The notes below the pieces were generated by a model, which saw only the letters and a list, made by a program, of their open reading frames with translations, did no database searches and was not told where the DNA came from. A program made the position numbers and the translations under genes. From an uncultured Rhodospirillaceae bacterium (GTDB lineage: Bacteria > Pseudomonadota > Alphaproteobacteria > MPNO01 > UBA2964): DNA of 61,805 nt. This document shows, piece by piece, positions 9,245 through 19,535 of this stretch. Positions within the stretch are counted from its first letter, which is position 1, and every line of letters starts with the position of its first letter. The DNA lies in assembly GCA_913052165.1 (NCBI GenBank), contig CAJXEC010000003.1, positions 1-61,805 on the forward strand. Reading direction: 5' to 3'.

Positions 9245-10246
9245 ATGCCCTTAGACGGTGTTTTATTCATTCCCTACCGTGAAACTCTCAAATTGCTCTC
9301 TGTCGAGGAAGCTATGCAGGTATGTGAAGACGTATACCATATGCACGCTAAGGGCAGTGTCCAGTGGTCGGCCCCTCCTAGCTGGAAACTCGATGTAGAC
9401 GCTCCTTGGCATAATCATTGGCACGTAAAGGGTGCCTTTCTCCCCGAAGTGCCCACTACTGGGGTGCGTATGTATAACTATTATGACGATGGCATCAAAA
9501 ATACCGTCGGACAATTGGAGTGTGCGAGATATATATTGCTGACCAATCCTGCGACCGGTCATGCGGAAGCAATAGTAGAAGAGCACTGGACATACGCGAT
9601 AAGGTCGACGGCAGCCGCAATTTTACCCCTTAAATGGATGGCGCCTAAGTCGCCCAAGGTTCTTGGTTTGGTTGGAATTGGGACTATGGGGGTGAATTGT
9701 CTCAGGTGCTTGCTGCCCATGTTTAAATTCGAAAAAATTGTCTGTACGTCGAGGAGACAGGAGACAAGAGACGCTTTCGCTAAAAAATGGTCGGCAGAGC
9801 TTGGGATTCCTGTGAAACCTGTTGGCACAATTGAGGAGGTTGTCAGAGCAGCAGACATCGGAATTGGTGGGACGACGAGTACAGACATTATTGCCCGTGA
9901 GAACTGGGTAAAACCTGGAGCGACTTATATTTCGTTGGCACGGCGAGAGATGGACCCTGCGGGTTGGCAGGCTTTTGATAAGGTGGTCATCGACGGGTGG
10001 GACGTAAACATCATCACGAAAGAATTCAAGGCGATGATCAATGAAGGGCAATTTAGTCGAGCGCAGTTGCATGGCGAAATTGGCGATGTCGTGTCTGGGA
10101 AAGTCGCCGGAAGAGAGCATGAAGACGAGAGAATTTTGATCCATACAACAGGATTGGTTAGTCAAGACATTGCTATGTGCCACTTTGTCTATCAGAAGGC
10201 AAAAGAGAAGGGTGTCGGGATTAAATTGCCTCCCACCGATGGTTGA
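9245..10246 (+). CDS. ornithine cyclodeaminase / mu-crystallin family protein (paralog A)
   Basis: 333 aa. Rossmann motif VLGLVGIGTMG and family-typical EEHWTYAIRSTAAAIL. AAGGAG SD. About two thirds identical to the 34430..35458 product over ~146 N-terminal residues, by hand count. Confidence 0.8.
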   Translation: MPLDGVLFIPYRETLKLLSVEEAMQVCEDVYHMHAKGSVQWSAPPSWKLDVDAPWHNHWHVKGAFLPEVPTTGVRMYNYYDDGIKNTVGQLECARYILLTNPATGHAEAIVEEHWTYAIRSTAAAILPLKWMAPKSPKVLGLVGIGTMGVNCLRCLLPMFKFEKIVCTSRRQETRDAFAKKWSAELGIPVKPVGTIEEVVRAADIGIGGTTSTDIIARENWVKPGATYISLARREMDPAGWQAFDKVVIDGWDVNIITKEFKAMINEGQFSRAQLHGEIGDVVSGKVAGREHEDERILIHTTGLVSQDIAMCHFVYQKAKEKGVGIKLPPTDG

Positions 10247-10329
10247 GGCGCGAGGTGTAAATATGGGCTCTTACAGGAACCATGTTTGACGAAAAATAGT
10301 CGTTTCGCCTAGGATAAAAAAAGCCAGTA

Positions 10330-11211
10330 ATGGGGGGCAGTATGCCGCTTGCTAGAGCATTAAAGATCAAAAAGCTCGCTGATGCCCTCGGGGCAGAGGC
10401 ATTAAATGTTAATCTGGCAAACGTGAAAGAGGATGACTTCAAAATCATCAGGGACTCGCTGCATGATAACGGAGTTTTAGTCGTTCGCAATCAGGCCCTT
10501 AAGCCAGCCGAGCAAACCGCATTCACTCGAAAATTTGGTGAGATTCAGTATCACATCAATGACGAATACAAGATGCCCGGTAACCCCGAGATCTTGATCC
10601 TATCTACCGAGTTAGATGCAGAGGGAAACAACGTCGGGATACCTGACGCCGGAAGCGATTGGCATTCCGATCATTCTTACGTCGATGTTCCCACTGCCTA
10701 TACATTTTTGCAGTCTGTGATTTTGCCAAAAGTTGGTGGTGACACACAGTGGATCGGAATGGTTGCGGCCTATGAGGCGCTGAGCACGGAGATAAAAGAT
10801 CGTATCGACGGTTTGGTGGGTATCCACAGCTTTAACCGCTTCCGAAACTCTCGTATGACCAGGCTCGACAGGCATGGAGATGGCGAGGCGTATTATTCAA
10901 AACGTTCGCCCCCCGATGCATTTCATCCCATCGTTCGGACACATCCCCACACGGGAAAGAGAGCTCTCTTCATCTCGCCGAGATTTACTCTTGGTATCAA
11001 AAATATGGATGACAAGGAGGCTCAGCCTTTGCTTGATCATTTGTTTGAGCACTTGATAGATGAACGTTTTATTTATCATCACAAGTGGCAAAAAGGAGAT
11101 CTTGTCATTTGGGATAATAGGCAAACACTGCATCTTGCCCTGGGTGGTGTAAAACTGCCCGAGGTAAGGCGGATGCATCGTTCGACCGTGGTTGGCGAGA
11201 TACCGGTTTAG
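10330..11211 (+). CDS. TauD/TfdA-family Fe(II)/2-oxoglutarate dioxygenase
   Basis: Motifs LGAEALNVNL..., WHSDHSY (the HxD facial-triad region), and C-terminal DLVIWDNRQTLH...R. The start may instead be the ATG at 10342. Confidence 0.85.
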   Translation: MGGSMPLARALKIKKLADALGAEALNVNLANVKEDDFKIIRDSLHDNGVLVVRNQALKPAEQTAFTRKFGEIQYHINDEYKMPGNPEILILSTELDAEGNNVGIPDAGSDWHSDHSYVDVPTAYTFLQSVILPKVGGDTQWIGMVAAYEALSTEIKDRIDGLVGIHSFNRFRNSRMTRLDRHGDGEAYYSKRSPPDAFHPIVRTHPHTGKRALFISPRFTLGIKNMDDKEAQPLLDHLFEHLIDERFIYHHKWQKGDLVIWDNRQTLHLALGGVKLPEVRRMHRSTVVGEIPV

Positions 11212-11285
11212 AGGCCTCTGAGCAGCCTCTGCGCTTGCTAGGAATGACCATAAACCAGACTTGTCGGGGGGTATCTGACGTATAG

Positions 11286-11993
11286 ATGGCTATTATTCGC
11301 AAATCCTCAGAGCGTGGGCATGTCGATCTCGGATGGTTAAATTCTTACCATAGTTTTTCATTTGGGCATTACTACGACCCTAATTTTATGGGTTTTGGAT
11401 CATTAAGGGTAATCAATGAGGACCGTATTACCCCCGGTAAGGGCTTTCCCATGCATAGTCATGCAAATATGGAGATCGTTACATACCTAGTTGAAGGACA
11501 ATTGGAACATAGGGATTCACTGGGTTCAGGTTCCGTGATTGAGGCCGGTGAAATTCAGTGTATGAGCGCGGGGTCGGGTATTACTCATTCGGAGTACAAC
11601 CCTTCCGCCACAGAGCCCGTCCACCTTCTGCAAATTTGGATGGAGCCTGATGAATTCGACCTAAAGCCTGGCTATTCCCAACAAAGTATTGGTATTGATA
11701 GAGATTTTCGTGGTTTGAAGCTCATTGCATCAAGGGATGGCAGGGGAGGGTCGATATTGCTTCATGCATCGTGTGACCTTTTGGTTGGGGCATTAGCAAA
11801 ACAACAAAAGGCTTTTCACCAAATAATCCCGGGCAGGCAGGCATGGATACAAATCATCAGTGGCTCTATCAGCGTAAATAAATTGACTTTGAGCACTGGA
11901 GATGGCGTGGGAATAGATGATGCATTCGATCCTCTTTGCCTGTGTGGTAAATCCGAATCCCATTTTCTGATATTTGATATGGATAAACAGTAG
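11286..11993 (+). CDS. pirin-family protein (bicupin)
   Basis: Motifs RGHVDLGWLNSYHSFSFGHYYDP, GFPMHSHANMEIVTYLVEG, and SAGSGITHSEYN. Confidence 0.9.
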   Translation: MAIIRKSSERGHVDLGWLNSYHSFSFGHYYDPNFMGFGSLRVINEDRITPGKGFPMHSHANMEIVTYLVEGQLEHRDSLGSGSVIEAGEIQCMSAGSGITHSEYNPSATEPVHLLQIWMEPDEFDLKPGYSQQSIGIDRDFRGLKLIASRDGRGGSILLHASCDLLVGALAKQQKAFHQIIPGRQAWIQIISGSISVNKLTLSTGDGVGIDDAFDPLCLCGKSESHFLIFDMDKQ

Positions 11994-12026
11994 CTTTTCA
12001 ATCCATCGATTTTCGCAGAGGGACAA

Positions 12027-12998
12027 ATGAAACTATCTATCGCTCTTGATCGTTATGACAGGCACTATCCGTTCTTCGATGGGACCGTGACACCGCCTGA
12101 GGGCGTGGAGCTAGAAATTTTTCAGGTTGGTCAGAGCCAGAATTGGCGCGATGGAGATGACCGGCACGAGCGGATGCTTCATGGGAAGGAGTTTGACGTT
12201 GCAGAATTTTCAATGTCGAGTTTCTTGATGGCTAAGGGAAGGGGGCTGCCAATCGTTGGAATTCCGGTGTTTCCCCGACGACTTTTTAGCCAAAGTCAAA
12301 TGTGGGTGCATCCGGAAAGTGATCTTTGGGAACCGTCGGAATTGGTCGGCAAAAAAATAGCTCTTTCTTCATTTCAGACCACACTATCTTTGCTTGCTAA
12401 AGGTGATTTGAAATTTTATTACGGCGTTAGTTGGGAGGATATCGATTGGTTGCTCACGACGGAGGAAAAAGTCAAGTTTGAGCCGAAGCCCGGCGTAAAT
12501 ATCAAATTTTTGGGGGACCGAGAAAACCTTGGACAACTCTTAGAGGCTGGAGAGATAGACGGCTTCTTTCTTCCTCACCCTCCAAAGTCAGTGACAACTG
12601 GTAAGACGAGAGCGCGTCGGCTCTTTCGTGACCCTCAGGCAGAAGAGGAAGCTTATTACCAAAAATATGGAGATTTCCCCATCATGCATGTGATGACGGT
12701 CCAGGAAGAGCTTTTGGCTAGGGAGCCTTGGATTGCTGGTGCCATATTAAAAATGTGCAATCAGGCATGGGATATTTCCGACTCCTACTATGAAGATCCC
12801 AATTGGTCGCGGCTGGCCTGGGGTAGACATGCCCACGAAGAGCAATGGACAAGGCTACCAGGCAACCCTTGGCGGAATGGCTTCAAGGAGAACAAGGCCA
12901 ACATTGAGCGTTTCATCAAATACTCTCATGATCAAGGCCTTATTGATGAACCTTATGAGGCCGATACATTATTTGCCCCAGATACACTCGATAGTTAA
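12027..12998 (+). CDS. 4,5-dihydroxyphthalate decarboxylase (PhtD)-like / NMT1-fold cytoplasmic protein (paralog 1)
   Basis: N-terminus reads MKLSIALDRYDRHYPFFDGTVTPPEGVELE, followed by EFDVAEFSMSSFL and FPIMHVM. No signal peptide. The same architecture occurs at 16251 and 33423. Confidence 0.65.
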   Translation: MKLSIALDRYDRHYPFFDGTVTPPEGVELEIFQVGQSQNWRDGDDRHERMLHGKEFDVAEFSMSSFLMAKGRGLPIVGIPVFPRRLFSQSQMWVHPESDLWEPSELVGKKIALSSFQTTLSLLAKGDLKFYYGVSWEDIDWLLTTEEKVKFEPKPGVNIKFLGDRENLGQLLEAGEIDGFFLPHPPKSVTTGKTRARRLFRDPQAEEEAYYQKYGDFPIMHVMTVQEELLAREPWIAGAILKMCNQAWDISDSYYEDPNWSRLAWGRHAHEEQWTRLPGNPWRNGFKENKANIERFIKYSHDQGLIDEPYEADTLFAPDTLDS

Positions 12999-13019
12999 GC
13001 GGTTGATTTGCAAATTCTA

Positions 13020-13041
13020 AGAGAGAATGGTCATTCTCTCT
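13020..13041. terminator. hairpin between convergent genes (candidate bidirectional terminator)
   Basis: AGAGAGAATG gt CATTCTCTCT forms perfect 10-nt complementary arms. It lies between the PhtD-like gene (+) and the FAD oxidoreductase (-). The flanking U-tracts are weak. Confidence 0.4.
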
Positions 13042-13121
13042 CACTATAAAAGTTAAAACCTGCTGCGACTAAAACACTTTAAAGAGGCCTTCCTATCTTA
13101 AAGCCAACGGTTTCCAGCCTC

Positions 13122-14591
13122 TCAACGGTTCGGCGTTCCGATAAATCCGTTCCCATGTCCAATAGACTCAGCAGCCCAACCTCCGGCAACTCGACCAGAG
13201 AATAGAGATGGCCCGAGCATTGTCCCCTCGAGCCCGGCCCGACCATTAATATGACCGCCAGCCATGCCGCAGGCCTCTCCCGCAGCAAACAGTCCAGCAA
13301 TAGGTTCAAAGTGCTTGTTTAACACACGACACTTTTTGTCCGTTTTAATTCCGCCAAAGTTTTTACGGGCGGTGGGAAAAAATTGGATAGCGTAATAGGG
13401 ACCTGTATCGAACTGTTTTGACATCCCGAGGGGCTTGCCGAAGGTGGGTTCTTTATCAAGCCCATCTGAGATCGCTTTGTTGTAGGAAGAAATTTCCCCA
13501 ATAAGGGTTTCCGCAGGAACATCGATTTCCTGGGCTAGCTCTTCAAGAGTGTCTGATTTTTTGATGTAAGGAGAATTCGCCAACAATTCTTCAACCTTTT
13601 CTCTGACAACTTTATCCCCGTCACGATAATATGGATCGGCAATTTCTAGCGTGGCTTTCATGGGCGTGTCTACAATTGCCCAACAATATGGAGGGTCTTG
13701 AGCCAACACCGCAGGGCTCATAGAATTCCCCCCCGACAGCGCCTCATTATGAAACCGCTTTCCTTGTTGGTTAACCCATATATAGCCGGGAATATGACGG
13801 CATACGAGGCCCCGCCTCCCAGTTTGATCTCTGTAATCTGGGGTGGAGTAGCAGTAGAACCACACGTGGTCCATGTGGGTGAGATAACCACCTACCTGTT
13901 CGGCCATTTTATGTCCGTCGCCATTGGAGCCAAATCCAGACCCCTCCATGACCTTAAAACCTTTTAGTTCGGGTCGGACCTCTAACACCATATCAATATT
14001 CGAATTAAAACCACCCGATGTTAGGATTATTACGTCACCCATCACAGATATGGGGTTGCCATTTTGAATATCCGTACCGACAAACCCAACAGCTTTTCCA
14101 TCCTGCATCGTAAGCTTGTCAACCTTAACGTGAGGTATAATTTCGCCACCCTTGTCTTCGTAGGCTTTGATTAAGTGGCGCATTAGTCCCAACCCGTTGC
14201 CCTCGGCGCGGGTCCAGCGCATGACCGAGTTTCCCTCTTGGGGTTTCATATCTACCCATTTGACCCCGTATTGCTCTGCCCAATGGTAAAGATCATGTAA
14301 GGTATGCTCGAGGTAATAGCGTGCCCAAACCTCATCGACAGAAGGTCCGCCCCAAGCCATCCAATCTGCAAAAGCTAGATCAGGTGTATCCTCTATGCCC
14401 TCGGCTTTTTGAACGGGTGATCCTACAATGCAGCACCCGCCACCCGAGATCGCCGCTGCACCACCAGCCTCCTCGCGCTTCTCAAAAGCGATACATCTAG
14501 CGCCTGCATCAAGCGCTTCAATACCTCCCGCGATCCCCGCCGCACCGGCTCCGATAATGGCGACATCCGTTTTATATTCTCTGAAAGCCAT
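13122..14591 (-). CDS. FAD-dependent oxidoreductase (fumarate reductase / KstD / TcuA-like flavoprotein)
   Basis: N-terminal DVAIIGAGAAGIAGG...FEKREEAGG dinucleotide fold. C-terminal GLFAAGEACG...GHINGRAGLEG is typical of this family. Confidence 0.8.
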   Translation of the reverse strand: MAFREYKTDVAIIGAGAAGIAGGIEALDAGARCIAFEKREEAGGAAAISGGGCCIVGSPVQKAEGIEDTPDLAFADWMAWGGPSVDEVWARYYLEHTLHDLYHWAEQYGVKWVDMKPQEGNSVMRWTRAEGNGLGLMRHLIKAYEDKGGEIIPHVKVDKLTMQDGKAVGFVGTDIQNGNPISVMGDVIILTSGGFNSNIDMVLEVRPELKGFKVMEGSGFGSNGDGHKMAEQVGGYLTHMDHVWFYCYSTPDYRDQTGRRGLVCRHIPGYIWVNQQGKRFHNEALSGGNSMSPAVLAQDPPYCWAIVDTPMKATLEIADPYYRDGDKVVREKVEELLANSPYIKKSDTLEELAQEIDVPAETLIGEISSYNKAISDGLDKEPTFGKPLGMSKQFDTGPYYAIQFFPTARKNFGGIKTDKKCRVLNKHFEPIAGLFAAGEACGMAGGHINGRAGLEGTMLGPSLFSGRVAGGWAAESIGHGNGFIGTPNR

Positions 14592-14833
14592 TCTTATCTC
14601 TCTCCCTGATAGCGGTTTTGTGTTTATCTCATTTGCTGCCGTTTAAATATTTCTGTTCGGATGTAAAAAAATTCTTTCTCTTTATTTCTGGTCCGGCACA
14701 ATTTCTAAATAGTCAAAAAAGACGAGTGTCATGTAATATCCAACTTGCTACAGAGTGTATTCATACACAGCTAACCTATACAGTCACTAGTTCGGATTGA
14801 TATTATTTTTAGGGCTTCTATCTGAGGATATTT

Positions 14834-15355
14834 ATGCGTTATTCACTGGGGGGGCAGCACCCCCAAAATATTGATAAAGAAAATTGGATCGCTCCAAGTG
14901 CGGATCTTATCGGTTCTGTGATCCTCTCCGCTAATGTGAGTATATGGTGGCATGCGGTCCTAAGAGCGGATAACGAGCCTATTACTATCGGAGCTCGATC
15001 AAATATTCAGGATGGCTGCGTTTTACATACTGATCCCGGCTATCCAATGGTAATTGGAGAGAATGTTTCTATCGGTCATATGTGCATGCTGCATGGATGT
15101 GAGATTGGTAGTAGCAGTTTGATCGGAATTGGAAGCATTATTTTGAATGGTGCGCGCATTGGTCAGAATTGCCTAATTGGGGCAAATACATTGATTACCG
15201 AAGGGAAAAAGATCCCAGACAATTCTCTTGTGATGGGTTCACCTGGGAAGGTCATCAGGGAGATATCGGATGAACAGATCGAGATGATTGAGAAAAATGC
15301 TGAAAGTTATGTCAATCGGTGGCATCGATATCGAGATGAGTTAGTCGAGAATTAA
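14834..15355 (+). CDS. gamma-carbonic-anhydrase-like / left-handed beta-helix (hexapeptide) protein
   Basis: Hexapeptide repeats (IGARSNIQDGCVLH, IGENVSIGHMCMLHGCEIG, IGIGSIILNGARIG) with conserved His ligands, in a YrdA/PaaY-like layout. Confidence 0.85.
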   Translation: MRYSLGGQHPQNIDKENWIAPSADLIGSVILSANVSIWWHAVLRADNEPITIGARSNIQDGCVLHTDPGYPMVIGENVSIGHMCMLHGCEIGSSSLIGIGSIILNGARIGQNCLIGANTLITEGKKIPDNSLVMGSPGKVIREISDEQIEMIEKNAESYVNRWHRYRDELVEN

Positions 15356-15366
15356 CCTTCCCGCTA

Positions 15367-16167
15367 TCAATTATCTGGATTTTCAATGAGAATTCTCTCT
15401 ATTCTGGGCCAAGCTTCCAACCCTTTCTCAGCCATTAGGTCACAGTAGGCCTGGTTCTTCCAATTAAGGTAAGCATTTGTATAATTTGTTTGTTTTTTAA
15501 TTTTTTCAAACCAAGCCTCAATTTCGGGCCTGTTTGACAGCCAGTTTTCAAGCTTTAACTCATACAGCCTTGTGACATATGGGGTGTAGCCAATATCGGC
15601 GAGTGAGTATGTATCTCCTGCCATCCATTCTGTTTTTTTTAGCTGCTTCTCTAATTTTTCTAAAAATATTTCGAAAGCTAATATAGACTCTCTAAACTGA
15701 GGGGCTTCCAGTCCGAGCTCAATCTGTTGTCTCTGACGTTTGCGCCTTCTGAGGTCGGGAATTCCGCTGAGATACGCCTCGAGTTCATCTTTCGGGCGCG
15801 CTAAATGTTGAAAACGAAATGCTATAGACCCTGAGAGGACACCGGTATGAAAGTGTAAAAACTCGTCAAGCCATTTGGTCCATTGTCTCATCAAGGCCTT
15901 ATTTTCGGGAGCATCCGGCACTAACGACTTTTCTGGATAGGCATCATCCAAATATTCACAAATAACTGTCGACTCGATGATAACATTACCCCCGTCTATT
16001 AGGGTTGGAACGACGCCATTCGGGTTAAGCTTGAGATATTGGGGTTCATGCTGATCTCTTTGGCGTAGGTTTAGGAGGTGACTATTCCAGGCAAGCTCTT
16101 TGTGCTCCAAAACTAATCTTACTTTTTGGGCACAGGTGGACATATCTGCGTGATATAATTGAATCAT
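15367..16167 (-). CDS. glutathione S-transferase family protein
   Basis: Thioredoxin-like N-domain LYHADMSTCAQKVRLVL...LNPNGVVPTLIDGGNVIIESTVICEYLDD, followed by a helical C-domain. Confidence 0.8.
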   Translation of the reverse strand: MIQLYHADMSTCAQKVRLVLEHKELAWNSHLLNLRQRDQHEPQYLKLNPNGVVPTLIDGGNVIIESTVICEYLDDAYPEKSLVPDAPENKALMRQWTKWLDEFLHFHTGVLSGSIAFRFQHLARPKDELEAYLSGIPDLRRRKRQRQQIELGLEAPQFRESILAFEIFLEKLEKQLKKTEWMAGDTYSLADIGYTPYVTRLYELKLENWLSNRPEIEAWFEKIKKQTNYTNAYLNWKNQAYCDLMAEKGLEAWPRIERILIENPDN

Positions 16168-16250
16168 TGCAAATCTCTCTCCTTAGCGCCTTGTCTTTGC
16201 GGTCATGATCCCGATAATAGCGCCTGATATTTAAAAATGGAGTGAAGGGT

Positions 16251-17240
16251 ATGGCCAAATTAACAATTAGTCTCGCTTGCTGCGATTATGACCGAACTCG
16301 GGCTATCTTTGACGGACGGGTTGCAGTTGACGGCTGTGAGGTGGTTTGTTCGTCCATGCCCCCGGAGGAAGCGTTCCATCGCGCATTCAAATACCAGGAA
16401 TTTGATGTCACCGAATTATCTTTCTCTTCTTATATGAATGTGCAATCCAGAGATGGCAGCCCCTACATTGGTATACCTGCTTTTATCTCTCGTCTTTTTC
16501 GTCATTCATCAATTTATATCAGGACAGATCGGGGGATCACGGGACCGGAGGACCTAAAAGGTAAAACGATTGGTGTTCCCGAATATCAGATGACGGCGGC
16601 CATGTGGGTGAGGGGTATTCTCAAGGATGAATATGGGGTTAATCCGGAGGAGTGTCATTGGCGAAATGGTGGATTGGAAGAGGGTGGTCGCGAAGAACGA
16701 GCCCCTCTTCATTTGCCGCCAGAAATAGACCTTCAGTCAATTCCAAAAGATGAGACACTGGCTCAGCATTTGGGAGAGGGTAAACTTGACGCGGTAATAT
16801 CGGCACGAGCTCCCTCCACGTACCACAGTGACCCAAAAATAGATCGCTTATTTCCCGATTATAAAACAGCAGAACAGTCCTATTTCCAAAAAACCCAAAT
16901 GTTTCCGATCATGCATCTAGTTGGGATTAAACGCTCGATTGTTGAGAAACATCCGTGGCTGCCTGTGAATGTCTACAATGCCTTCTTGAAGGCAAAAGAA
17001 ATTTGTTACGAGGAAATGACGGAAGTTGGGCATCTTTATCAAACCACGCCATGGCCAGTTTATGAGCTTGAGCAGGTGAGAAACCTCATGGGAGAGGACC
17101 ATTGGCGATATGGGATCCACGAGAACGCCAGAGAAATCGAGGCAATGACCAGGTACTCATTCGAACAGCATCTCTCAGCCAGAAAGTTGGGCCCTGAGGA
17201 TCTTTTCGCAGAGTCTGTCTTTGAGCTTACCAAACTCTAG
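16251..17240 (+). CDS. PhtD-like / NMT1-fold cytoplasmic protein (paralog 2)
   Basis: MAKLTISLACCDYDRTRAIFDGRVAVDGCEV, EFDVTELSFSSYM, and FPIMHLVGIK. The ATG at 16251 has GAAGGG upstream; the ORF-track GTG at 16242 is less likely. Confidence 0.65.
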   Translation: MAKLTISLACCDYDRTRAIFDGRVAVDGCEVVCSSMPPEEAFHRAFKYQEFDVTELSFSSYMNVQSRDGSPYIGIPAFISRLFRHSSIYIRTDRGITGPEDLKGKTIGVPEYQMTAAMWVRGILKDEYGVNPEECHWRNGGLEEGGREERAPLHLPPEIDLQSIPKDETLAQHLGEGKLDAVISARAPSTYHSDPKIDRLFPDYKTAEQSYFQKTQMFPIMHLVGIKRSIVEKHPWLPVNVYNAFLKAKEICYEEMTEVGHLYQTTPWPVYELEQVRNLMGEDHWRYGIHENAREIEAMTRYSFEQHLSARKLGPEDLFAESVFELTKL

Positions 17241-17263
17241 TTCTAACTCAGGTCTAAATAACG

Positions 17264-17884
17264 TTGACTCGAATACCGCCTCTCAAGAGAGAAGATTATC
17301 CAGATCTGGACGAAAAGTTTTTTAGACCATACGAGGCCTCTCGGGGATACGTACCAAATTCTAATTTAGTGATGGCAAGAAAGCCCAAGGTCTTAGAGGC
17401 GTTTCGCGCTCTCAATGCCGCTATATTTGACTCCAATAATACTATTCCTGCAGCCCTTCTTGCGTTGGTAGGGAACGTTGCTAGTCAGGCGGCGGGTTGT
17501 AACTATTGTGTAGCGCACACCGCGAATAATGCGGTTATACGGGGTGCAGAGGCCAAAAAAATTGCGGCACTTTGGAACTATGAGAAAAGCGAGCTATTCT
17601 CTGATGCGGAGCGCTCCGCACTTCGATTTGCGCAAGCCGCAGCATCTCTTCCTAATATGGTTTCCGACGATGACGTGGCTGACGTCATCTCAAATTTTGG
17701 AGAGGAGGGAGCAACTGAAATTTTAGCTGTCGTCAGCTGGTATGGGTTCCTCAACAGATGGAATGATTCTTTGGCGACCGAGCTCGAGGGTGTTGCTTAT
17801 GAAAAGGCTTCAGAAACACTTTCAGGCACCGATTGGGACCCTGGAAAACATATTCCAAAAGCTCAAAAGCCGGCTGACGCCTAA
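17264..17884 (+). CDS. carboxymuconolactone decarboxylase (AhpD-like) family protein
   Basis: The CNYCVAHT CxxC-type motif sits in an all-helical ~200-aa protein. TTG start with no clear SD, so the start is uncertain. Confidence 0.6.
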   Translation: MTRIPPLKREDYPDLDEKFFRPYEASRGYVPNSNLVMARKPKVLEAFRALNAAIFDSNNTIPAALLALVGNVASQAAGCNYCVAHTANNAVIRGAEAKKIAALWNYEKSELFSDAERSALRFAQAAASLPNMVSDDDVADVISNFGEEGATEILAVVSWYGFLNRWNDSLATELEGVAYEKASETLSGTDWDPGKHIPKAQKPADA

Positions 17885-18753
17885 CATATTCCTAGGTGAG
17901 CCCTTAGTCTTTTTGCGAAGTCGCAATTCCCATCCATCTGCTGGTTCATGATCGTAAAATGATCATGCCCTGCCTCAATGGTGGAGTGGATTTTTACCCC
18001 TTTTGCAGCCCAGCTCGCTGCCATCTCTTCTGTTTGCCTTATGAATTCAGGCCCTTCATCACCCCCCACCGGCAACCATACTTTAGCCTGACACTTTGGC
18101 ACCTGATTGATTGGACTGAAATTAAGAACTTCGTCATCGGAGAGGCTTAGGTCATCGTTCTGTGAGCATAATTGCACCGGTCTAAGGTCATAAAGGCCAC
18201 TTGTGGCAACCGCTGCCTTTAGCGGTGAAGTGGGCATGGCGGGGTCATAACTGGGCCAGTCTGTGGTCAACATGGAGGCTGTGATATGGCCACCAGCGGA
18301 ATGTCCAGAGATTGTGATCTGATCCTGTCGTCCCCCTATCTTTTCAGCGTTTTTCCAAACCCAAGACACAGCTTGTCGACATTGTCGCAGCAGTTCATCC
18401 ATACGAACTTCGGGAATAAGAGTATACTCGCCGATAACTGCAATCGCTCCGAATGGGACTAAAGAGTCCGCAACGTAAGCGGAACTCTCTTTGTCATTTG
18501 ATTTCCAGTAACCACCATGAAAGAAAATGTGTATTGGGAAGGGACCATCTCCTTCCGGGTAATAAATATCTATTGCCTCACGGGGTGTGTCTCCGATACC
18601 GATTTTTAGCTCGCATCGGTACTTCTGACGACATGCGTCCGAGCCTTTCTCTTGATCTCGTTTCAGTTTTTCAACCTCTTTGCATCGACCGCGCGCGTTA
18701 TACCACCAGTCCAGTTCTCCTTGATCGTAGTTTCGATAAATGTTGCTTGCCAC
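17881..18753 (-). CDS. alpha/beta hydrolase (esterase / arylformamidase-like, Abhydrolase_3 type)
   Basis: Oxyanion motif FFHGGYW, nucleophile elbow GHSAGGH, and C-terminal HDHF. Confidence 0.75.
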   Translation of the reverse strand: MASNIYRNYDQGELDWWYNARGRCKEVEKLKRDQEKGSDACRQKYRCELKIGIGDTPREAIDIYYPEGDGPFPIHIFFHGGYWKSNDKESSAYVADSLVPFGAIAVIGEYTLIPEVRMDELLRQCRQAVSWVWKNAEKIGGRQDQITISGHSAGGHITASMLTTDWPSYDPAMPTSPLKAAVATSGLYDLRPVQLCSQNDDLSLSDDEVLNFSPINQVPKCQAKVWLPVGGDEGPEFIRQTEEMAASWAAKGVKIHSTIEAGHDHFTIMNQQMDGNCDFAKRLRAHLGIC

Positions 18754-18809
18754 GGACGCAATCTCCCAGGGTTTGGATTATTTTGACTAATATATAAGCG
18801 TGGCGGCCA

Positions 18810-18835
18810 AGGTCAAAATCGGGAAATATTGACCT
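18810..18835. promoter_or_regulatory. inverted repeat upstream of the NHase-family operon (candidate operator)
   Basis: AGGTCAA-N12-TTGACCT lies 51 nt upstream of the ATG at 18886. The right arm overlaps a possible -35 (TTGACC). Confidence 0.2.
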
Positions 18836-18885
18836 AAGCTCGTAAAATGTGACAATGGGGAGTAAGCTTGAGATTGGAGAAATGA

Positions 18886-19239
18886 ATGGGCCCTAAATTT
18901 ACGAGTGCGTCTGAGCCGGGGCGTGGTTATCACGACATAGGCGGTCTTGATTATGGCGAAGTCGATCCAACAATAACGGAGGTGGCGCCTTGGGAGAAAT
19001 TATCTATCGCCATCGGCAATTCCATGGGTGGGCAAGGTAGAAAAGTCATTAATACTGATATGGGTAGGCGCGCACGAGAAGGTATGGGCGAGGAAATGTA
19101 TAACGAGTTAGCTTATTTTGAGAGAACTACCGAGTCGATGAAGATAACCCTGATTGAACAGGGTCTATTTACTGAGGAGGAACTAGAAGAGCGGATGCAG
19201 GACATTGCCAAAAGGATTTCCGAGGTCCGGGGTCTATGA
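18886..19239 (+). CDS. nitrile hydratase family, beta-subunit N-terminal half as a separate polypeptide
   Basis: YHDIGGLDYGEV, APWEKLSIAI and TDMGRRAREGMGEEMY...YFER match the N-domain of NHase beta, including the conserved Arg region. The stop overlaps the next start (ATGA). Confidence 0.8.
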   Translation: MGPKFTSASEPGRGYHDIGGLDYGEVDPTITEVAPWEKLSIAIGNSMGGQGRKVINTDMGRRAREGMGEEMYNELAYFERTTESMKITLIEQGLFTEEELEERMQDIAKRISEVRGL

Positions 19240-19523
19240 GCCAGTTATTTGGTATTGGTGATATTGTCAGAGTGATTGATGCACATCCTCCAGGTCATCG
19301 AAGGACGCCATATTATTGTCGGGGTAAGAAAGGAAAAATCGAGCGAGTTTGTGGGGAGCATAGAAACCCAGAAGAGCTTGCATATGGCTTCGATGGAAAA
19401 CCTCTGAGGCGTCTGTATCGGGTTAGGTTTAACCAGTCGGATATTTGGGGACATTATGATGGACCCACTCAAGACACTATCGACATTGACATTTATGAGC
19501 ATTGGCTTAGGTCAGCGGAATAA
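19236..19523 (+). CDS. nitrile hydratase family, beta-subunit C-terminal (SH3-like) half as a separate polypeptide
   Basis: GDIVRVIDAHPPGHRRTPYYCRGKKGKIERV ... LYRVRFNQSDIWG ... IDIYEHWL matches the NHase beta C-domain. GAGG SD lies ~11 nt upstream. Confidence 0.8.
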   Translation: MSQLFGIGDIVRVIDAHPPGHRRTPYYCRGKKGKIERVCGEHRNPEELAYGFDGKPLRRLYRVRFNQSDIWGHYDGPTQDTIDIDIYEHWLRSAE

Positions 19524-19535
19524 AAGGGCACTACA

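Noticed and set aside
18886-19523. Possibility that the two beta halves are simply a frameshifted (pseudogenised) single NHase beta gene.
   Set aside because: The break falls exactly at the domain boundary. It has a clean ATGA stop/start overlap and a correctly spaced GAGG SD. Both halves keep their conserved residues, and the same split exists in SCNase and ToyJKL. A recent frameshift cannot be fully excluded without comparing orthologs.
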